Shown piece by piece: positions 1 through 9,266 of a DNA stretch of 37,029 nucleotides. The DNA is taken from positions 1 to 37,029 of IMG/VR virus record IMGVR_UViG_3300009481_000037. One strand, 5' to 3'. The notes below the pieces were generated by a model. The model did not search any database and was not told the DNA's origin. It saw nothing but the letters and a program-made list of their open reading frames with translations. Source of the stretch: a virus (taxonomy: Duplodnaviria; Caudoviricetes). The translations under genes were made by a program, and so were the position numbers. Each line of letters starts with the position of its first letter. The stretch's first letter is position 1.

Positions 1-241
1 ATTCCAAGGCATAGGCTTGTTCAGTATTAAAAATGAAAGGAATGAGCCGTGGAACAGCTGTCCCATCCTTGACTTCTTTTATAAATTCAAACCCGGAACG
101 ATTAACCACGGGACCATGTGGCAAAGGATAGAAATTTGAACAGGTTTCCAGTCCTGTTTGGTAATGGTTGAGATCTATTCTCCCGAGCATTTCCGGGGTA
201 ATTTCACCCCCGCCAAATGACCTTTGGTACATTCTAGCCAT
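1..241 (-). CDS. Tail tubular protein B / nozzle-like protein, N-terminal part (runs off the window edge)
   Basis: Not in the ORF track; translated by hand from the ATG at 241, which overlaps the upstream TAA (TAATG): MARMYQRSFGGGEITPEMLGRIDLNHYQTGLETCSNFYPLPHGPVVNRSGFEFI... The SFxGGEITP..GRxD...NF.PxPHGP...RxG start is typical of podovirus tail tube B proteins. Confidence 0.8.
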   Translation of the reverse strand, partial: MARMYQRSFGGGEITPEMLGRIDLNHYQTGLETCSNFYPLPHGPVVNRSGFEFIKEVKDGTAVPRLIPFIFNTEQAYALE

Positions 242-852
242 TAGTTCCTCGCTTTAATGCCACTTGGCTCAAATGTCTTTTGGTTTAAATCAACTTTGCC
301 TTGCTTCCCGGCATTGGCATCGATTGAAGATGCTTTCCCCAAAGTCCATGTATATTGTTCATATGCTGTCTTTTTTATTGCCGGGGTCCTTGTAATCGGG
401 AGGGCTAGATAAGATGCCAAAAGCCATGACAAGGCATGCACAAATTCAGCCGGGTATTTGGTTGTATCGGTAACACGCGTCGTGTACCAAAGCTCTGCAT
501 CTTCCGTATCACAAAGAACAATAGTCCCATGCGTATCATGCCCTTCTATTTCAAACCTAATTGGGGTGTCGTAGTCTTCCGCGACAACTTGCCTGGCTAC
601 AAGATACGGATTTGGAATAGTAAACCAATATTCCCAACCCGAAGGAGCATCCCCAGATATAGCAGCTAATAACTGCCGGCGTTTAGCAAAACCCCAATTA
701 TGATCTGAAAGGCATTCATCCCTTGCTATCGGGTAATATTTGGCACATTGTGCCGCTTGGGATGAACCATCAGGGGGTGAGATGGCGGTTATTTCCGCGG
801 CATCTCCTATGTGGCCTAAAGCCAGATTACAAATGTCAATTACGGAAGCCAT
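241..852 (-). CDS. Tail tubular protein A / head-tail adaptor
   Basis: 203 aa; starts MASVIDICNLALGHIG, with HNWGFA, YWFTIP and FVHALSWLLASYLALPIT motifs; lies between the capsid genes and tail tube B. Confidence 0.8.
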   Translation of the reverse strand: MASVIDICNLALGHIGDAAEITAISPPDGSSQAAQCAKYYPIARDECLSDHNWGFAKRRQLLAAISGDAPSGWEYWFTIPNPYLVARQVVAEDYDTPIRFEIEGHDTHGTIVLCDTEDAELWYTTRVTDTTKYPAEFVHALSWLLASYLALPITRTPAIKKTAYEQYTWTLGKASSIDANAGKQGKVDLNQKTFEPSGIKARN

Positions 853-865
853 CTACTTCTCCTGT

Positions 866-1174
866 TTATTTACTTTTTGTTTTGCTGCGAGACTTATTTT
901 TTACTACAGGCGGATCTGCATCAGATGATTTTGCCCTAGATTCCCCTACTGGTTCTTCCCAGGCTTCTTTACCCGCAACAAGTATGTTGCCTGCGGCTTT
1001 GGTTCCTTTAACCTGAGACGTAAATGGCATTGCATCCTTTTCAACAATAGGATCATTTTCACCCCCCATCCAGGAACCCCTTTCGGATTCATCTTTAATT
1101 TCAAAAACTTCCCCCGCTCGCCGCCGTCGCGCATCGTAATACCCGACTTTCATGGCTTTGACTGTGATACCCAT
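866..1174 (-). CDS. Hypothetical virion-module protein
   Basis: 102 aa with a GAGGG RBS; N-terminal VKA...GYY...RR.GEVFEI motif and a low-complexity tail. Confidence 0.65.
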   Translation of the reverse strand: MGITVKAMKVGYYDARRRRAGEVFEIKDESERGSWMGGENDPIVEKDAMPFTSQVKGTKAAGNILVAGKEAWEEPVGESRAKSSDADPPVVKNKSRSKTKSK

Positions 1175-1198
1175 AAGTATCCCTCATATAAAAGGTGT

Positions 1199-1263
1199 AG
1201 CTCAAGGGGAAAGAAAGTCGGACACAACCCACTTAATGCCCACACTTTCAATCCCCATGAACC
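1199..1263 (-). promoter_or_regulatory. Long imperfect RNA hairpin downstream of the capsid/cement genes (attenuator or processing site)
   Basis: Minus-strand pairings GGTTCA/TGAGCT, GGGGA/TCCCC, GAAAGT/ACTTTC and GGGCAT/GTGTCC. Confidence 0.5.
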
Positions 1264-1277
1264 AGGAGGACCAACGC

Positions 1278-1697
1278 TTAAATAGCGTCGGCGTAAGATT
1301 GCCAGCTATATACTTCTTGATCTGATAAATAAGCATCTACCGTGATCGTTGGAGATGTACCTGCCAGAACGTATTCAGCGCCAATGTAACGAAGCACCCC
1401 AGTACTTGGGACGGCTATCGAAAAATTGTAGCCAGCTACCAGCGTACCCGCGACAATAGCGCGAGATGCCAGGACCGTACCTAAAGAAGTAGCGGCTCCA
1501 GTAGCTACGCCAAAGCTATACGTTTCATCGGCAGATGTAAAATCTGCTGCTACGACAACATTAAAGTGCATGTATAAAGGCCGACCGGCACCTACCTGCA
1601 AAGCAGTACCAGTCAAATCAATAACATTTGTTGAATCTGCAGAAGCAGTTAATGCTTGTGCGTTGGAACATTCCAACCGTGCGTCTACTAAGCTCAT
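1278..1697 (-). CDS. Capsid cement/decoration protein (Bbp16-like)
   Basis: 139 aa; MxxDARLE.S.AQA.TA...STNVIDL and LRYIG..Y motifs; directly follows the major capsid gene. Confidence 0.8.
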   Translation of the reverse strand: MSLVDARLECSNAQALTASADSTNVIDLTGTALQVGAGRPLYMHFNVVVAADFTSADETYSFGVATGAATSLGTVLASRAIVAGTLVAGYNFSIAVPSTGVLRYIGAEYVLAGTSPTITVDAYLSDQEVYSWQSYADAI

Positions 1698-1754
1698 AGT
1701 ATTTCCCCTAAAGAGAAGTTATTGTTTTCATTTTAGTTAATCTAAAGACCATCG

Positions 1755-2762
1755 CTAAGAAATGGTTGCTTCTGTAGCTGTCAGACTATCACACCGGCGA
1801 ACAGGGATGCCATCAAATGACATAACGTGCTTGCCACCCACTTGCTCCATCATAAGATGAACATTTGTGGTATTTGCAATTTGCCGACGCAATATAGAAC
1901 GAACTCCCCGGTTCATGTAAAAAGCCGGTTTGCCTTTAGATGCATTTGGTAACAACTCAATAGCTTGAGCCATCAAGTCAGTAACGTCAGCAGATGACCC
2001 AGATTTGTCAGCGGTCAAAGCAGACTGATCGATGTTGCAGATACGAACTACATATCTCCAGTCACGAACCGAAAGACCACAATCCCATCTGTAATGAGAC
2101 CGATAGGCTTCCATTCGCCCAGAATTCGATCCTTCTGAAGCATCTTCAATAGTAACTTGCCCTTTATCACTAAATTGCAAGCCAGCCTTGGAACCTTTTG
2201 GATAAATGCCGTGGACGGTATCTTCGCCCCAACATATCAACCAAATGGAATTGTTATCTGATCCAGAACCACCACCTAAGATGATATTGTCAGCATTAGC
2301 TGGGCCAGAATTGTCATTAAAACGAGGGGCTAGGCCGGTAAATTCTTCCGGGGCGGTTCCTTCGTTTCCATAAAACAAGGTATCACTGAACTCTTGGCTC
2401 ATTCCTTCCATATGGGCCCGATCTTCGGTCATTCTAAACGCCGCGGTATTTCCATTTAGATCCGCCAACGCCTTGTCAATTTCTGCATAGGCTTCCAGCA
2501 TGCCAGTCGTATCTGTGACTTGCACGTTGGTTGCTTTGTTTGGCTGGACGCCCCCATACAATTTGCGCCATGTTGGTGCCGGGAGTCCCGCTCTAATCGT
2601 CGTACGGTGACCAGTAGGGAGATTTCCTTCTTTCCATACCATGTCATCCAATACTTCATTTGTTTCATTCAATATTTCTACAATCGTTGCGATTTTCCCA
2701 TCTGGGTCAGTTGCCTTCGCAACATCCGCCAGGGTTGGGTTAATTACCGATAAAGTTGCCAT
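1755..2762 (-). CDS. Major capsid protein (Bbp17-like)
   Basis: 335 aa; TLADVAK..DPDG, EILNETNEVLDDM...EGN..TGH, FYGN....PE.F.GLAPR and FDGIPVRRCD motifs. Confidence 0.92.
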   Translation of the reverse strand: MATLSVINPTLADVAKATDPDGKIATIVEILNETNEVLDDMVWKEGNLPTGHRTTIRAGLPAPTWRKLYGGVQPNKATNVQVTDTTGMLEAYAEIDKALADLNGNTAAFRMTEDRAHMEGMSQEFSDTLFYGNEGTAPEEFTGLAPRFNDNSGPANADNIILGGGSGSDNNSIWLICWGEDTVHGIYPKGSKAGLQFSDKGQVTIEDASEGSNSGRMEAYRSHYRWDCGLSVRDWRYVVRICNIDQSALTADKSGSSADVTDLMAQAIELLPNASKGKPAFYMNRGVRSILRRQIANTTNVHLMMEQVGGKHVMSFDGIPVRRCDSLTATEATIS

Positions 2763-2793
2763 TTTATTATCCCTTAAAAAGTTTTAATAGATA

Positions 2794-3438
2794 TTATTTC
2801 ATATCTGGATACATCGTTTTAGCCGCGGTTTTCTTTTGTTCCCTTGGCTTCATATCACCTTGCACAAAGTGATCCTCACTCATAGCCTGGTGTATACGAT
2901 GAAAAACCCGAATCATAGCAGGATGGTTGCCCCACCCGGATTCATTCATAAGCACTTCAACCTCAGACATTTGCTGCCCCTTTAAAGGTCCGTCTGGATG
3001 AAGGATAGCTTTCCCACCCGTATCTACAGCCGGCTGCGAAAAACTATTCATAGCTTTCCTTGCACCCGCCATATTTTCAGATAGATCTGCTCCCCCAAAT
3101 TCCTTATCTGCCATGGCCTGACTCGCCCATTCTTTTAAACGGCTTTCTTGTGCCGACTGAACCGAGTCATTATTCTTGGAGATAATATCAAAATGCTTAT
3201 CTACCATTTTCTGTGCTTGGGATTGATCTAGATTAAACTCTTTCGCGAAGTCTTTGACCTCTGATAGTTGAGTGTCATCCATTACAAACCCATCTGGTAT
3301 AGTAAAAGGTTCATATCCAGACTGTTCCGTTCCTTCTTCCGTCTCCGCCTGTGGCTTTGCCTGTTCCGGGCTTTCTTGGGGTTCGGTTTGTTCTGTCGCC
3401 TTGGATTCTTCCGTTGCGACTACTTCATCTTCTGCCAT
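2794..3438 (-). CDS. Capsid assembly/scaffolding protein
   Basis: Acidic N-terminus, Y-x-F-x-x-P-x-G and GWGNHPAMIRVF motifs, ends MYPDMK; immediately upstream of the capsid gene. Start placed at 3438 because of an AAGGAG RBS (ORF track starts at 3456). Confidence 0.75.
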   Translation of the reverse strand: MAEDEVVATEESKATEQTEPQESPEQAKPQAETEEGTEQSGYEPFTIPDGFVMDDTQLSEVKDFAKEFNLDQSQAQKMVDKHFDIISKNNDSVQSAQESRLKEWASQAMADKEFGGADLSENMAGARKAMNSFSQPAVDTGGKAILHPDGPLKGQQMSEVEVLMNESGWGNHPAMIRVFHRIHQAMSEDHFVQGDMKPREQKKTAAKTMYPDMK

Positions 3439-3448
3439 TACTGTCTCC

Positions 3449-3715
3449 TTATTCACTCAATTTTAATTTTAAAAGATCTGGTCTTGCTTCTGCTATTTCA
3501 GACATAATGCGCAAGCCAGCTTCCCGCATACCAAGTCTTTTATCCCGTTCAGAATTGTTAGTACCAGGAATGCTTAAAAAAACACAATGAAATTCTAATA
3601 ATCCATCCATATATCTACGACCGTAAGCTGTTGCTAATATTTGGCGCAAGTCATCGAGTCGTTGATCTTTCTTTGACTTGCCTTCTTCTAACCTTTGTTC
3701 TCTCCTATCGCTCAT
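3449..3715 (-). CDS. Bbp19-like head-associated small protein
   Basis: 88 aa; DLRQILAT.YGRR and G.R..GL motifs; sits between portal and scaffold. Confidence 0.7.
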   Translation of the reverse strand: MSDRREQRLEEGKSKKDQRLDDLRQILATAYGRRYMDGLLEFHCVFLSIPGTNNSERDKRLGMREAGLRIMSEIAEARPDLLKLKLSE

Positions 3716-5388
3716 AATTGCGTAAATTGGTTAGCTACTTCTTCCAAAGCGTTTCCTTCTCCAACATCAGTTTCACTTAATGTTTTAGCGGTTTTCGCGG
3801 CTTCTGGAATATTCGCCATCTGCTGCATCTGTGCTTGCTGTTCTGCTCGATCTTGTCGTATTAAAGCCACTTGTTCATTTGCTACGATTAAATCAGGGCG
3901 TATGCCCAGAATATTGCTATATTCATCTATCATTTTATCGGAATCTAATTTATCAAGCGCTTCTGGTTTTACAGCTGCTATCTGCCCCACCGTCCCAACC
4001 ATTCTATCCAGCGAACCAATACCGACCGCTTTCTGCGCCTGCGCCAGCATTGAAACATATTCAATGTTAAGTTCCTGTCCTTCTAGCTCTTGCGGAGGGG
4101 TAGGCAGTAGCCCTTCTTCCAATGCCATCTGGAAGGTATTGTCAATTAGCGGGTCAAGCAACTCATTTTGATTGCGCTCCAATACAGGCCCCAAGACAAG
4201 TAGTTTTTCTTCGTGTCTTTCCTCTATTTCTCTTGCAGTAATCTGCCTTCTATCTGACAAGGCAATCATCTGGAAAAGGTCAACATGAAAGGATGAATTG
4301 ATCCTGGCCCGTACATCCATTATGTCTTCCAATAAATGCTGTAGATTCAACTGGACTTCATACGCGGTACGAATTCCGCCCGTTGGGGCAGCAGGATCAT
4401 AATAGCTAATTCCCCCAGGCAATACATCTTCGCTCCCCCTTAATGCTGTTGGAACTTGCAAAGGCGGGTCCGTTTGGTAATCAATGCACTTGGCTTTCTG
4501 TTTTTGGTTGTCTTGTAATTGCTTAATATCTCCCAGGCTAGTCATCCCAGGGCAATCAGAGCCATACACATCGCCTCCCCTAACATTCCATCGAGGAACC
4601 AATGCCGGGAACATATTAAACCCGGATTCCCTTAAAAAGTTTTCATCATCCGCATCTCTTTCTAAAAACGTAGACTCCCATGGCATGTTAATGTTATCCC
4701 TTTTGCCTACATCCCTTTCCATTCTTGGCTGTATGGCATGAACAATCGTAACCCATTCATCCAAAACGCCACGATCATAAAGGTTTTGTGTAGCTAAACT
4801 TACATTTTTCCGCCCAAACTCCTGAACTATCGGGCCTATCTGCATTTGGAATTCTCTATATATCGTATCTATTTTGTAGCGATTGTCCTGTGCTGCATAA
4901 AATTCCCCTACGGTCTGGGGGTAAAGCCGAACTAAATCTTCCCTATCACGAAACAACATTGCACAGCCAGTCCCAAATGTAGCCATTTCTTCATATAGCC
5001 CATGCAAAACCCTATAAACATTTGACCTTGAAAATATTTCCCTAATAACTTCAACTACATCATCAAGCCATACCTTTACAGGTTGGTATTGCATCATTTC
5101 CCTATCCGCCAATGCCAAGGTAAACCATTTCCTAGCCGGGGAGCTCATTCCAGCCATCATCCCGGCTGCCAACACCCCTAAAGCCCTGGTCCCGGTAGAA
5201 TCATAAATATCCAGGTTTCTACGTTCACCCTTGTTACGATCCTCAAGAAAGTATCTGCCGCTTCTTGGTAAAATGTTATCAGTCAAATCTTTCCAATGAG
5301 AAACGTAACTTTCTCTTTCTAACTTCAAACGCCCAAGACGACGCGTATATTTCGCTTTCCTTCTAACATCTGTTAATGTTTCTATCAT
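3712..5388 (-). CDS. Portal protein (head-to-tail connector)
   Basis: 558 aa; IYDSTG..AL..LAAG, SP...WF, FGTG, PRW....G..YG...PG, TA.EI..R.EEKL..LGPV and IEYVS.LAQAQ motifs. Confidence 0.93.
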   Translation of the reverse strand: MIETLTDVRRKAKYTRRLGRLKLERESYVSHWKDLTDNILPRSGRYFLEDRNKGERRNLDIYDSTGTRALGVLAAGMMAGMSSPARKWFTLALADREMMQYQPVKVWLDDVVEVIREIFSRSNVYRVLHGLYEEMATFGTGCAMLFRDREDLVRLYPQTVGEFYAAQDNRYKIDTIYREFQMQIGPIVQEFGRKNVSLATQNLYDRGVLDEWVTIVHAIQPRMERDVGKRDNINMPWESTFLERDADDENFLRESGFNMFPALVPRWNVRGGDVYGSDCPGMTSLGDIKQLQDNQKQKAKCIDYQTDPPLQVPTALRGSEDVLPGGISYYDPAAPTGGIRTAYEVQLNLQHLLEDIMDVRARINSSFHVDLFQMIALSDRRQITAREIEERHEEKLLVLGPVLERNQNELLDPLIDNTFQMALEEGLLPTPPQELEGQELNIEYVSMLAQAQKAVGIGSLDRMVGTVGQIAAVKPEALDKLDSDKMIDEYSNILGIRPDLIVANEQVALIRQDRAEQQAQMQQMANIPEAAKTAKTLSETDVGEGNALEEVANQFTQL

Positions 5389-5403
5389 TTTATCCCCATT
5401 TAC

Positions 5404-5679
5404 TTAGGCTAATAGCGAACCACCTAGATTAAGGTTTTCATCTCCAACGCCTTGGCTACCAGTTAATAGCGTTGGAGGAGTTGCCGCCCCGCTTCGCAAC
5501 TTTGCGGATTTGACCATATTCGCCGTTTCCTTGTCAGCTTGCTTGGATACCTGTTGTACTTTTGATTTTGGCAAAGCAGCCATTTTTGGAGGCTTTGGAG
5601 CCATTGCCGCGGTTGCAAATGATGTAGCTGCCCCAATCGCACTACTAATCAACATTGCCGTGCCAACTTCTACACCCAT
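5404..5679 (-). CDS. Small virion protein, paralog 3 of the pre-portal triplet
   Basis: 91 aa; hydrophobic N-terminus, PKPPK, C-terminal TLLTGSQGVGDENLNLGGSLLA. Confidence 0.7.
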   Translation of the reverse strand: MGVEVGTAMLISSAIGAATSFATAAMAPKPPKMAALPKSKVQQVSKQADKETANMVKSAKLRSGAATPPTLLTGSQGVGDENLNLGGSLLA

Positions 5680-5680
5680 A

Positions 5681-5926
5681 TCAACCCCCTAAAATTGACT
5701 TGCCGGTTGTTAAAGAAGTGTCTCCAATGCCTTGGATGCCTGTTAATAAGGTGCCACCCGTACCGCCACCTACAGATCCAGATGCAGCCTGCGATGCCCC
5801 TCTTGTTTGACCTTGCTTTTGCCTGGCCGCCCGCATTGGTTGCTTGACGGGAGCTGGCATTGGAGCAGGCGCAGGGGCAGGGCTTGGCCCCCCCCCACAC
5901 ATTAAGACTGATAATAATTCAAGCAT
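5681..5926 (-). CDS. Small virion protein, paralog 2 (T7 gp6.7/7.3-like position and composition)
   Basis: 81 aa; MCGGG-PAPAPAP and C-terminal TLLTGIQGIGDTSLTTGKSILGG. Confidence 0.7.
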   Translation of the reverse strand: MLELLSVLMCGGGPSPAPAPAPMPAPVKQPMRAARQKQGQTRGASQAASGSVGGGTGGTLLTGIQGIGDTSLTTGKSILGG

Positions 5927-5930
5927 GTAA

Positions 5931-6176
5931 TTAACCCCCTAATAATGTTTTTCTTCCCAGATTGCCTTCGTTAGTACTACCTATAAAATCCCTACGCGTG
6001 CTTTCTCCACCTAGCAAATCCGCCCTAGTATCTCTGCCTTTGTTTGATGAATCACTAGTTTGTCTTCTTCCGGGTAGTTTGCTAAATTTTTCCCCTCTTC
6101 TAGCCCTCATATTTTCTTCCCCAAATCCTTGAGGGTCATCTGCGGTAATGGGATATTTTCCTGCCCAAGTACACAT
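5931..6176 (-). CDS. Small virion protein, paralog 1
   Basis: 81 aa; AAGGAG RBS, starts MC, ends NLGRKTLLGG. Confidence 0.65.
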   Translation of the reverse strand: MCTWAGKYPITADDPQGFGEENMRARRGEKFSKLPGRRQTSDSSNKGRDTRADLLGGESTRRDFIGSTNEGNLGRKTLLGG

Positions 6177-6190
6177 ATTTAGTCTACTCC

Positions 6191-7642
6191 TTATCGTTTT
6201 CCAGCCAAAGGGTTGTATGATCTTCTTTTTTTAGCCATTTCCCCCCGATGCGCAGCCATTCCTTTTGGAGCTACTGGATAGGCGAAAGTAAGGGCCAGGG
6301 CATCAGCAAGATCAGGAGAAGCCAATCCCCTTTTTTTCATGTCTTCTTTCTTTTCCAGTTGTATTTTGTTTGTTGGAGTAAACCCATATTCAACCCCAAT
6401 CAAGTCATCAATCAATTCCTGGTCCCTTGGGATAGAGCCTCTTTGCAGCCATTCCCTCATATTGCCCCACATTTCAGCTCTCTTATTTTGGTATCTACCA
6501 TCTTCAGCCTTGCCCCCAAAGTTGACTTCAATAACCGGGACATGGAGTTGATGCAGTCTATCTACAACACCTCCTCCCACACCACCGCCATCTACAAATA
6601 CCGCGTCAGCCTGATGGGTTTTAACCGCTTCCGATACATAAGAAGCTAACTGCATGGTATCAACACCCCGGTAAGTCTGCCACTCAATAGTTTTTGCATC
6701 CCGCCCACGCCTATAACAAATAACGCTTTGATCGTCACCAAATCGGGCAACGTCCACGGCAATAATTAATGGTTCTTCCAGATAACATTTCGCTTCCCGC
6801 CTATATGCATCATCAACTAAATCCCCGGATATAAACTGCATGGAAGAAGCGGATGGGAACAATCCCCGGACCCTCACTTTACAAAAGTCAGAATCTTCCC
6901 CATAATCCGCCACCCACTCTTCCAGTTTGCGCTTGTCGGTCATCTTGCAGGTACGGGAATCTATCTGTCTTGTTACCCATCGATGCTTGAACTTGCCAAA
7001 GGATTCTCTAAATCTCCCTGTATTACGCGTTGGGTTCCCAAAGGTAAACCACATAGCACCGGGAGTCGTCATAGCCCCTTCTGAAACCTCATAAATACAA
7101 TCAGGTATGGAACTTGCTTCATCATAGATTACCAATACTTCCCCATGCTGCCCCGCGAAGGCTTCTGAATTTCTTTCACTCCATGGAATTGCTGAGACGT
7201 ACCAGGTTTCCGGCGATGAAACGTGATAGAACTTGGTAGCCGTCCATTCAAACCAGGGCTTAATGATGGATCTGGAATGCCACAAAGCGAGTTCCCTCCA
7301 GGTTTTGGTTTCAAGCTGCTGTTTCGTATTGGCAGTTACTACTCCGTTCAAATTCTTTCTACAGGCCATTTGATGTAGGATTAGCCATGCTGTTACAGCC
7401 CCTTTCCCAATTCCATGGCCTGATGCACAGGCGTGTTGGTAGCTTTTCCCTTCCCCTTCCCGAATATGCCGCCCAACATCTTTTAGCAAATCTTCTTGCC
7501 ATGTATCCGGGCCTGTATGCCCTTCTAAATCCCCTTCCCCCCACGGGAAAACGTATTTAACGAAACCCAAAGGATCATCATGGAAGGATGCAATGTCCTC
7601 AACAAGATGATCCGCTGCTGTTTTTGTGGTCGCTACTGTCAT
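6191..7642 (-). CDS. terL: Terminase large subunit
   Basis: 483 aa; Walker A SGHGIGKG, Walker B LVIYDEAS, GNPTR coupling motif, nuclease motifs IAVDVARFGDD and SPDLADALALTFA. Confidence 0.95.
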   Translation of the reverse strand: MTVATTKTAADHLVEDIASFHDDPLGFVKYVFPWGEGDLEGHTGPDTWQEDLLKDVGRHIREGEGKSYQHACASGHGIGKGAVTAWLILHQMACRKNLNGVVTANTKQQLETKTWRELALWHSRSIIKPWFEWTATKFYHVSSPETWYVSAIPWSERNSEAFAGQHGEVLVIYDEASSIPDCIYEVSEGAMTTPGAMWFTFGNPTRNTGRFRESFGKFKHRWVTRQIDSRTCKMTDKRKLEEWVADYGEDSDFCKVRVRGLFPSASSMQFISGDLVDDAYRREAKCYLEEPLIIAVDVARFGDDQSVICYRRGRDAKTIEWQTYRGVDTMQLASYVSEAVKTHQADAVFVDGGGVGGGVVDRLHQLHVPVIEVNFGGKAEDGRYQNKRAEMWGNMREWLQRGSIPRDQELIDDLIGVEYGFTPTNKIQLEKKEDMKKRGLASPDLADALALTFAYPVAPKGMAAHRGEMAKKRRSYNPLAGKR

Positions 7643-7866
7643 TCTTTATCCCCCACTGGGAAACCACTAAATAGGCTACACGCCTCCGTAACATTTTGTT
7701 TGGCCTCTTCCTCTGTTAATTCTTCATCAGTCGCATTGGTAGGGGCCTCTAAACATTCCTTTTTCATTCGGAAGGTTTTACCAGACTCTAGCTTAATGCT
7801 TATATCTCCACCCTTATCTATAATATTCTTCAACTCCGCTATTCTTGTTAAATGGGATCTATTCAT
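7639..7866 (-). CDS. Hypothetical protein
   Basis: 75 aa; coupled to both terS and terL by ATGA overlaps. Confidence 0.65.
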   Translation of the reverse strand: MNRSHLTRIAELKNIIDKGGDISIKLESGKTFRMKKECLEAPTNATDEELTEEEAKQNVTEACSLFSGFPVGDKE

Positions 7867-8438
7867 AAATCAATACCCTTTGGCTTAACATCTTCAATTT
7901 CTTTCTTGCCAGCGCGTCTTCTAGCGTTATTTATTTCTAAAATATTGACATGCATGTTCGCTATATTGTTCGTAGTCGTTTCTGGCTGACTTAACTTATG
8001 CCGATCATATTCCATCTTTAAGGCCTGCAGCTTTGGATGCATTTTCACCTTATACACAGTACCACTCCCATCCGCGGTATGCATAACGGTTATTTCCTGA
8101 GCTGCTTTCCAAAACTCTGTTGGAACCTGGTCGGGGGCTTTAAAAGAAAACTCCCTGGTATTAGGATCGTATTGCATCCCATCCATTACATTGGATGTTG
8201 CGATCGCTTTGACTTCGCGCATAGCCATTTCAGCTGTAAGTCCAATCTTTTCTTCTAGTTTGGCTGTCTTTTTATCTACTAACTCTTTAACCTTATCTTT
8301 ACTTAACAGCCTAGAACCTTGCACTTCCGCTGTCCTTACACTATAACCCGCTCTAATCGCTGCCTGTTTCGCGTTCCTATCTATCAAATATTCGCTAACA
8401 AATAGTTTCTGCTTGCTTGTTAAGGTTTGCTTCTTCAT
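7863..8438 (-). CDS. terS: Terminase small subunit
   Basis: LTSKQKLFVSEYLIDRNAKQAAIRAGYS...A...GSRLL N-terminal HTH typical of the Terminase_2 family. Confidence 0.9.
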   Translation of the reverse strand: MKKQTLTSKQKLFVSEYLIDRNAKQAAIRAGYSVRTAEVQGSRLLSKDKVKELVDKKTAKLEEKIGLTAEMAMREVKAIATSNVMDGMQYDPNTREFSFKAPDQVPTEFWKAAQEITVMHTADGSGTVYKVKMHPKLQALKMEYDRHKLSQPETTTNNIANMHVNILEINNARRRAGKKEIEDVKPKGIDL

Positions 8439-8527
8439 TTCATCTTAGGTTTTTTGGGTTTTCTAGGTTTTCGTTTAATAGGAGGCCTGCCTTTCCTACT
8501 CCCATATGTTCCTGGACCTTGTGGCAT
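8435..8527 (-). CDS. 30-aa highly basic peptide MPQGPGTYGSRKGRPPIKRKPRKPKKPKMK
   Basis: Hand-translated and absent from the ORF track; AAGGAG RBS; its TGA overlaps the terS ATG (ATGA). Confidence 0.7.
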   Translation of the reverse strand: MPQGPGTYGSRKGRPPIKRKPRKPKKPKMK

Positions 8528-8528
8528 C

Positions 8529-8903
8529 TTATTTCTCCTTATAAGTTTTCTTGCCTACCCAATGCCAAAGTTTATCCCCGGCGACTTGATAGGCTACTGG
8601 TTTATCTTTGGTTATATATTCATGCGAAAAAAACCCTACATGTGTAATCCATTTTAATTCATTATGTTTAGCTCGTACCACCGTTTTGCAGTTTTTGCTT
8701 TCACTCCAATCCAAAATTTCATACTTAAACCGTATACCAGGAAACGTAACCACCATAGACCTATCACGTTCTGGACCCCACGCCAGCATATTTTCAAATT
8801 TCGGGACGATTGGACTTTCTTGTGCCATCACGGTTATACTTAGAACCATCACCATAAGAAAGCCTCCGACCAAAAAACCCTTCTTGTGTTTCCAAGACAT
8901 CAT
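8529..8903 (-). CDS. Hypothetical exported or membrane-anchored protein
   Basis: 124 aa; signal-peptide-like N-terminus (FLVGGFLMVMVLSITVMA). Confidence 0.6.
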   Translation of the reverse strand: MMSWKHKKGFLVGGFLMVMVLSITVMAQESPIVPKFENMLAWGPERDRSMVVTFPGIRFKYEILDWSESKNCKTVVRAKHNELKWITHVGFFSHEYITKDKPVAYQVAGDKLWHWVGKKTYKEK

Positions 8904-8991
8904 AATGTGGAGGCCTTAATTCTATTTTAATCAATTTTCCATTCTTGTCATAAGTCCGGCATTCATAATATTTGGGGTAATCGCCCTGCAT
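8794..8991 (-). CDS. Hypothetical protein
   Basis: 65 aa; starts just after the upstream stop and overlaps the next ORF by about 110 nt. Confidence 0.35.
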   Translation of the reverse strand: MQGDYPKYYECRTYDKNGKLIKIELRPPHYDVLETQEGFFGRRLSYGDGSKYNRDGTRKSNRPEI

Positions 8992-8993
8992 GA

Positions 8994-9266
8994 CTAATCA
9001 TTGATAACTTTGATCTGGTTCTGATATTTGATCCGGGTTCTCTTTTCCAACACCCAGGCCTTCCCAATAGAATCTAGATCACAGCTGCGATAATCATATA
9101 GTCCATGATTCCCAAGAGGGGCAACGCATTTCGGGGTAGCCGGTTCCGCATAAATCTTACCGATCCCTGTCTTGCTTCCCGCGCAGGATACTAGGAGGCC
9201 CATTAGAATTGCCCAATTCATCCAAAATGCTATCCGTTTCAAGATCATGCTTTTCATCACTTTCAT
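8994..9266 (-). CDS. Putative outer-membrane lipoprotein / o-spanin (Rz1-like)
   Basis: Signal peptide with lipobox LLVS-C; two further Cys; overlaps the 3' end of a single-TM gene within the lysis cluster. Confidence 0.55.
   Translation of the reverse strand: MKVMKSMILKRIAFWMNWAILMGLLVSCAGSKTGIGKIYAEPATPKCVAPLGNHGLYDYRSCDLDSIGKAWVLEKRTRIKYQNQIKVIND

Noticed and set aside
5670-5900. G9 tract (5888-5896) and alternative 76-aa ORF as a phase-variation or frameshift device
   Set aside because: The tract simply encodes Gly-Gly-Gly of the MCGGG motif, and the alternative frame lacks an RBS and the family tail.
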